Source: Hemiscyllium ocellatum
Taxonomy: Eukaryota
Reading direction: 5' to 3'
NCBI RefSeq assembly: GCF_020745735.1
Contig: NC_083450.1
Span: 4,605,479 to 4,669,478, forward strand
Length of the DNA stretch: 64,000 nucleotides
In this document: piece after piece, positions 58,483 to 64,000 of the stretch
Numbering within the stretch: position 1 is the first letter of the stretch
How the letters are laid out: the number at the start of each line of letters is the position of its first letter
Position numbers and translations under genes: made by a program
Notes under the pieces: generated by a model
Seen by the model: the letters and a program-made list of their open reading frames with translations, nothing else
Database searches by the model: none
Told to the model about the DNA's origin: nothing

Positions 58483-58649
58483 TATGAAATGGTATCACGA
58501 AATGACTGTCTATCGTTATTGGACACTGAAAGGAGCACTGAGGGCCTTGGCTGTGGATAGTATGCACCTGTGACAACGTTACACAAAACTGCATCAAATG
58601 ATGCATGGCATCGCACATTAATAACATTCACTCAATCACTCCCAGCAGC

Positions 58650-58900
58650 AATAAATCCTCCAATCTCCCCCACTTCCCGAAGAAGCGACTCTCCCATTCT
58701 CTCCCCACTCCCCGTGGGAGTGAGTTCACCATTCTTCCACACTTCCCGTGGTAGCGAGTCCTCCATTCTCCCTTACTTCCCATGGGCAAGTTTGCTGCAT
58801 CCTCCCCCATTCTCCACCCGGTGTCCTGGCACCATGGCCCCCATTCTACCCCACCTCCCATGGGAACGAGTGCCCCATCATTCCCCACTTCCCAGTTTCA
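58650..58900 (+). repeat. C-rich ~30-bp degenerate tandem repeat
   Basis: Same family as 23040-23330. Confidence 0.75.
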
Positions 58901-59196
58901 AAATATCCCTTCCTGAGGATTGAGTGATGTCGAACAACTTCCGTTTTGTTTGCTACAGAAATGGAATATCCCACCATCGAAATCTCAGACCTTTAAAAGC
59001 ATCGATCAAACCTCATGCCTTGAGCTCTCTATTCTTCAAAGAGATGTGTCTCAGGCTGTTCACTCTACTGGTTGTCTCACCTCCCACTTCTGTCATCGAT
59101 CTTGTTAATCATAACCCTTGTCTGGGTGCCTCTGTAATTCTGATGGAATTTGGTGCCCTGCACTGTATACTTTAGTATGGTCTAAATGGCAAGAGT

Positions 59197-59249
59197 AGAT
59201 AGCAGGTGCACTGTGTGAAACACACGCTGAGTCAGGGCCAGCACACTGA
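59197..59249 (+). promoter_or_regulatory. Candidate IgL 3' enhancer core (GATA, E-box GCAGGTGC, AP-1/ARE GCTGAGTCA)
   Basis: ~1 kb 3' of the intact C; an intact inverted copy at 22640, decayed copies at ~9923 and ~32680. Confidence 0.6.
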
Positions 59250-60099
59250 GGGTCAGAATCAGAAAACCCACAGAGAGGTCTCTATCTCGGTCCCATTTCC
59301 CAGTCCAACACACACAATTACAGGCACCCAGACACACACACGCCCACATTCGCACACGTGCCATTTCTCCAACGCCACTGACCATCATCTTCACACCAAC
59401 AACAATTTGGCAGCTACATCACCCCCACCCCCTAATCTCAGCTTCTGGATGATGGTCAATGGGCTTTTTCTGAGGGGGGGGCATGCAGCTTTGTCCTTGT
59501 CCTATCTCATCCAGAATGTGCTCTCCGTAGTTTCTCGTGGAGGCTGGTGGAGGATAAAGGCAGAGGCAGTCAGGGGAGATTGCTCCTGCTTGAGGGAGGG
59601 TCGCTAGCCAGATTTAAGAGGGGAGTTTACACAGAAATAAGAGTTATTTTGATGCAGTGATACGTTGTGATCTAGGATGTAGGAAGGTAGAAGCAGATTC
59701 AACAGGAAATTTCGAAATGTGGGTAGGAATTTGGTGGAGAGGGTTTCAAGCAATGGGGAGGTGTTAGTTGTGGGATAGCCAGATCGCTCCTTCAATGACA
59801 GTCCCAGCCAACAACAACAACCCTCTGTGTTTTCATGTGCAAATTCCTGGATTCCTTCGTGCACCATCAGTGTTCACGTGGAACTGGGGACCACGGTTAA
59901 TGCTCCCCTCCACCACGTCGAACCCTCCACTGCTGCCCCATACCTGCGAGGTCTGTCAAATGTCAGGGATTAATTGCTGTTTGTTTGCAAACATGGGACT
60001 GAGAAAATCTCTCTGGCAATGGGATCTCTTATTAATATATACCTAAAAGGCTTTCTCCATCAAAATTTACATGCTTCATTCTTAGCACATGGCATCACA

Positions 60100-61330
60100 T
60101 ATATACCCTATAACTATATATGTACACATACATAGATACACGCTCATCGTCTCTTACACACACTTAACTCCATTCCTCTCACGCACACACACTTAAATCA
60201 ATTTCTCTCCCATACACACACTTCCTCTTTTTTTAAACACACACTCCCTCACACACACACATCGATAAAAACTCCCTTTCTCACACACACATTCACGCCC
60301 ACCCACATTTTCCCTTTCTGTTACACACACTTTCCCCTCACACACATTCACCCTCTTGCTCACGCCCACATACTTTTTCTCTCTTACATACATCCTGTCT
60401 AAGTCTCCCTCCCGCATACACACAGTTTCTCGTTTTTACACACTCTCACACGCACGTTCACAATTTTAATCTCATGCACACTCTTTCGAACTCCGCCACT
60501 CTCTCTTACATATACTCTTAAGTTTCTCTGACACCGTCCTTCTTTTACTCACGTATATATTCACATATACTCACATGTTCTCTCTCTCACACATTCTCTC
60601 TAACTCTCCCAAACACGCACATTCGCACACACACACTCACTCACCAAGCACATTTTATCTTTCTGACTCTCTAACACTGCCTCTCACAGACACACACTTT
60701 CTCTTTTCATACGCTATCACTTACATTTTCTAACGCTGACTACCTCTCAATCTAACACATGTTCTCTTTAATTCTTTAATACTCAATATCTCTCACACAC
60801 ACGCACTCACGTTCCTATTTTCACCCTCTCACTCTCATTCTCACTCTTACATTCACATTTTTGATTTTTTTTACATGTTCTCTCTGACCTCCCCCTCTGT
60901 TTCTTATACATATCCTGTCTAAATCTCTCACTCACTCTCACACACACTTCCACTTTTGCACACACTCACAGGCCTTCACATACTGTCACATACACAAAAT
61001 CACACACATATGCTTTCTCTCTCTTACATACTCCTCAATTCCCCCTCTCTCTACCTTACACAGATCTTCTCTAAGTCTCTCTCATGAATACACTCTTATG
61101 CTATCGTATATACTTTCACATTTTCACACATTCACACCCTCACACACACAAATTCACGCAGACACACACTTCCTCTGACATGCACACTCCCTTTGTTTCT
61201 TGCACACACACTCACACTTTCGAAATTTTATGCACTGTCAATGCAATGTCCCCTCCCTGACATATACATTTATACAACCATTTCCTTGCTGTCACAGACT
61301 GTCTTATTTTCACACACTCACTTTCGAACA
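60100..61330. repeat. CA/CT-rich low-complexity tract
   Basis: Composition; paralogous to 35440-36360. Confidence 0.85.
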
Positions 61331-62008
61331 CACATATCCAGAATCAAGTACCATGGGACACCATCTTAGGGTACAGAGCAAGCCATTCTTGATTGAGATG
61401 AGGAGAAAACCCTTCAGAGGGTGGTGAATCTGTGCAATTCTCCACCACAGAAGGCTGTGGAGGCCAAGTAGTTGAATATAATGTAGAAAGAAATAGTTTG
61501 CTGAAGGCTAAATCTGTTGAGAGGTATGGGGGAAAGCGGCAGAATAGAATTAAGATAGAGATTTGCCAACATTGTATTGAATAAAAAAGCAGATCTGATT
61601 GGCCAAATGGTCAAATATTGTTTCTATGTTTTCTGTGCTTGACACAGACACATCTGCATGCACATGTATACACACACACACACGCACACACACACACTGA
61701 CACCCAGCCCCAGCTCTCTCCCTCCTGGCTCTCTCACCCATCGCCAGGTCCCAGAAGCTCCGGGACAGCCACATCGGAGACGGGAGACAAAAGGATGTGC
61801 ACATCCCTCCATGGAGCAGCTCCGCGCCCCAGCGATTGATAAACAGGATCGGAGGGGACCGGTCAAAAGGGGGAGGGTGATCAGCGAGGCAAGGCAGCAG
61901 GGCAAATGGGATCAGCAACACTCAACAGGCTACACTGCTCCCAGATGGGAACAGAGACTGCGGGGAACATGGACAGCATGTTATATATGTCAATAAGTAT
62001 CTCTTTCA

Positions 62009-62045
<37 letters not shown>

Positions 62046-62839
62046 CCCTGTGAAATTGTGGAGTGCGATGAATGCTAGGGCACTGTGTAACTTTGGTGAG
62101 GACATATATTTTAGCTAAGATTTAATTAATGGGAGTATGCAGAGCGGGCAGGTAAATGGAGTTGGGACCAAGATGAAATCAACCATGACGGTATGATATG
62201 GTGGAACATGCTGGAGCATCTGAATGGTCTCCTCTTGCTTCTAGACCTTATGATCTTATGAGGTTCCCTCCAGACACCAGACAACCTTGCAAAACTTGCA
62301 CAACCCCAACAGAAATTGCTGGGTTTGGACGGTGGGCAACCATGCGTTCCCAAAGCACGAGCCCCCTAAACTTTATTTAGACCTTTCTGAGCGCAGATGA
62401 CAGTGCAGCATCGGAACGGCCCGTCCTTCCTTTCAGAGAGAATAAAATGAGTATTGCAAACTCCAACTCCCCATCCCCGTTAACGAGACAAGGAAGGTGT
62501 AGTTGAGGATGGGTCAGATCAGCCATTAGCTAGTTGAATGGTCGAGCAGACTGGATCCAGCAGTACAAAGACCTACTCGACTGCTATTGGGATAATTGTT
62601 CGATCAACTCAGAATCAATGCTGAGACAGCATGAATGATAGATTGGTGGAAAAAGGAAATGATGAAATGAAGCGTTGAGGTCAGTCTTGGAGCAGAACAA
62701 TTGAGTTTTACCCTGTGTCAAGAAGCTGCAGAGAAAACGGGAAGCAATCTCTGGACAGTGAAACCCTGCACTGACTGTGACCTATGTCTTCTTTCTGCAT
62801 GGGGATTGTGAAATGGTAGAACTCGCTGGCCGACATTCT

Positions 62840-63636
62840 AGAACATAGAACATAGAACAATACAGCACAGAACAGGCCCTTCGGCCCACGATGTTGTGCC
62901 GAACATCTATCCTAGATTAAGCACCCATCCATGTATCTATCCAATTGCCGCTTAAAGGTCGTCAATGATTCTGACTCTACCACTGCCACGGGCAGCGCAT
63001 TCCATGCCCCCACCACTCTCTGGGTAAAGAACCCACCCCTGACATCTCCCCAATACCTTCCACCCTTCACCTTAAATTTATGTCCCCTTGTAATACTCTG
63101 TTGTACCCAGGGAAAAAGTTTCTGATTGTCTACTCTATCTATTCCCCTGATCATCTTATAAACCTCTATCAAGTCACCCCTCATCCTTCACCGTTCCAAC
63201 GAGAAAAGGCCGAGAACTCTCAACCTGTCCTCGTACGACCTATTCTCCATTCCAGGCAACATCCTGGTAAATCTTCTCTGCACCTTCTCCAAAGCTTCCA
63301 CATCTTTCCTAAAGTGAGGCGACCAGAACTGCACACAGTACTCCAAATGTGACCTAACCAAAGTCCTGTACAGCTGCAACATCACTTCACGACTCTTGAA
63401 TTCAATCCCTCTGCTAATGAACGCTAATACACCATAGGCCTTCTTACAAGCTCTATCCACCTGAGTGGCAACTTTCAAAGATCTATGTACATAGACCCCA
63501 AGATCCCTCTGTTCCTCCACCTGACTAAGAACTCTACCGTTAACCCTGTATTCCGCATTCTTATTTGTTCTTCCAAAATGGACAACCTCACACTTGGCAG
63601 GGTTGAACTCCATCTGCCACTCCTCAGCCCAGCTCT
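62840..63636 (-). mobile_element. Young CR1-type LINE 3' fragment with (TAGAACA)n tail
   Basis: Minus ORFs MEFNPAKCEVVHFGRTN...LYRTLVRSHLEYCVQFWSP and MRGDLIEVYKMIRG...FFTQRVVGAWNALP. Confidence 0.93.
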
Positions 63637-63789
63637 GACCAACTTAAGCCAGGGCTAGGGGCTTCAGAGCATCTGCACCTCTCTGCTGTCGCTGACAGGG
63701 CTATCTGTGTATGTCCAACACTGAAACCAAGTGCAACAAGATAGTTTGTCACTCATGGTGAGGTGGAGGGGGTGTGCCCAGTGTGAGGT

Positions 63790-64000
63790 GAGGGATTCGA
63801 TTCAGAATTCTTGCTCTATTCGTTTTGGTGAATATTGCCTGCACGAATTTTAAAGAAAGTAGACTGAGTGGAAAAATCACAGGAGTGCAGAGAGTTTCCT
63901 GTTGATAGATTCGGAGCCTCGGATCGGCATTCGCTGCAGGACAGATAGATACTCAACCCTTCCGCTGGCAGATGCTAAGACCGATATATATTATATAAAA
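63790..64000 (+). promoter_or_regulatory. Start of cassette boundary element C (runs off the window)
   Basis: gattcgattcagaat/aaagaaagtaga match 38822-38895; gcagagagtttcctgtt matches 24619-24635; then ccgctgg...gatatatatt units. Confidence 0.6.

Overview
Eukaryotic, repeat-rich DNA from a cartilaginous fish. The shark-type tRNA-derived SINEs, CR1/L2 LINEs and Penelope fragments suggest a carpet/bamboo-type shark (inference). The window is an immunoglobulin light-chain (IgL) locus of the shark multicluster type. V and C closely resemble elasmobranch type I / sigma-cart (nurse shark NS5-like) chains. Three tandem IgL clusters lie on the + strand. (1) 3.3-8.9 kb: a split L-V-12RSS / 23RSS-J-C cluster, fully pseudogenised. 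(2) 32.0-32.4 kb: a leader plus half-V whose 3' V, J and C are deleted at a poly-G junction. (3) 55.4-58.2 kb: an intact, in-frame pre-joined VJ-C gene with a perfect octamer promoter. Each cluster sits in a recurring cassette: CTCF-motif-rich boundary element, G-rich ~37-bp minisatellite, unidentified conserved ~650-bp element X, promoter, L-V(J)-C, then a conserved enhancer-like element. Between clusters 1 and 2 is an intact six-exon, non-rearranging receptor gene (13256-17800, 329 aa): leader, joined VJ, C1, Cys plus Arg-containing TM, and a Tyr-less tail. This is the most unusual coding feature. All assignments come from manual reading and translation; no database searches were run.
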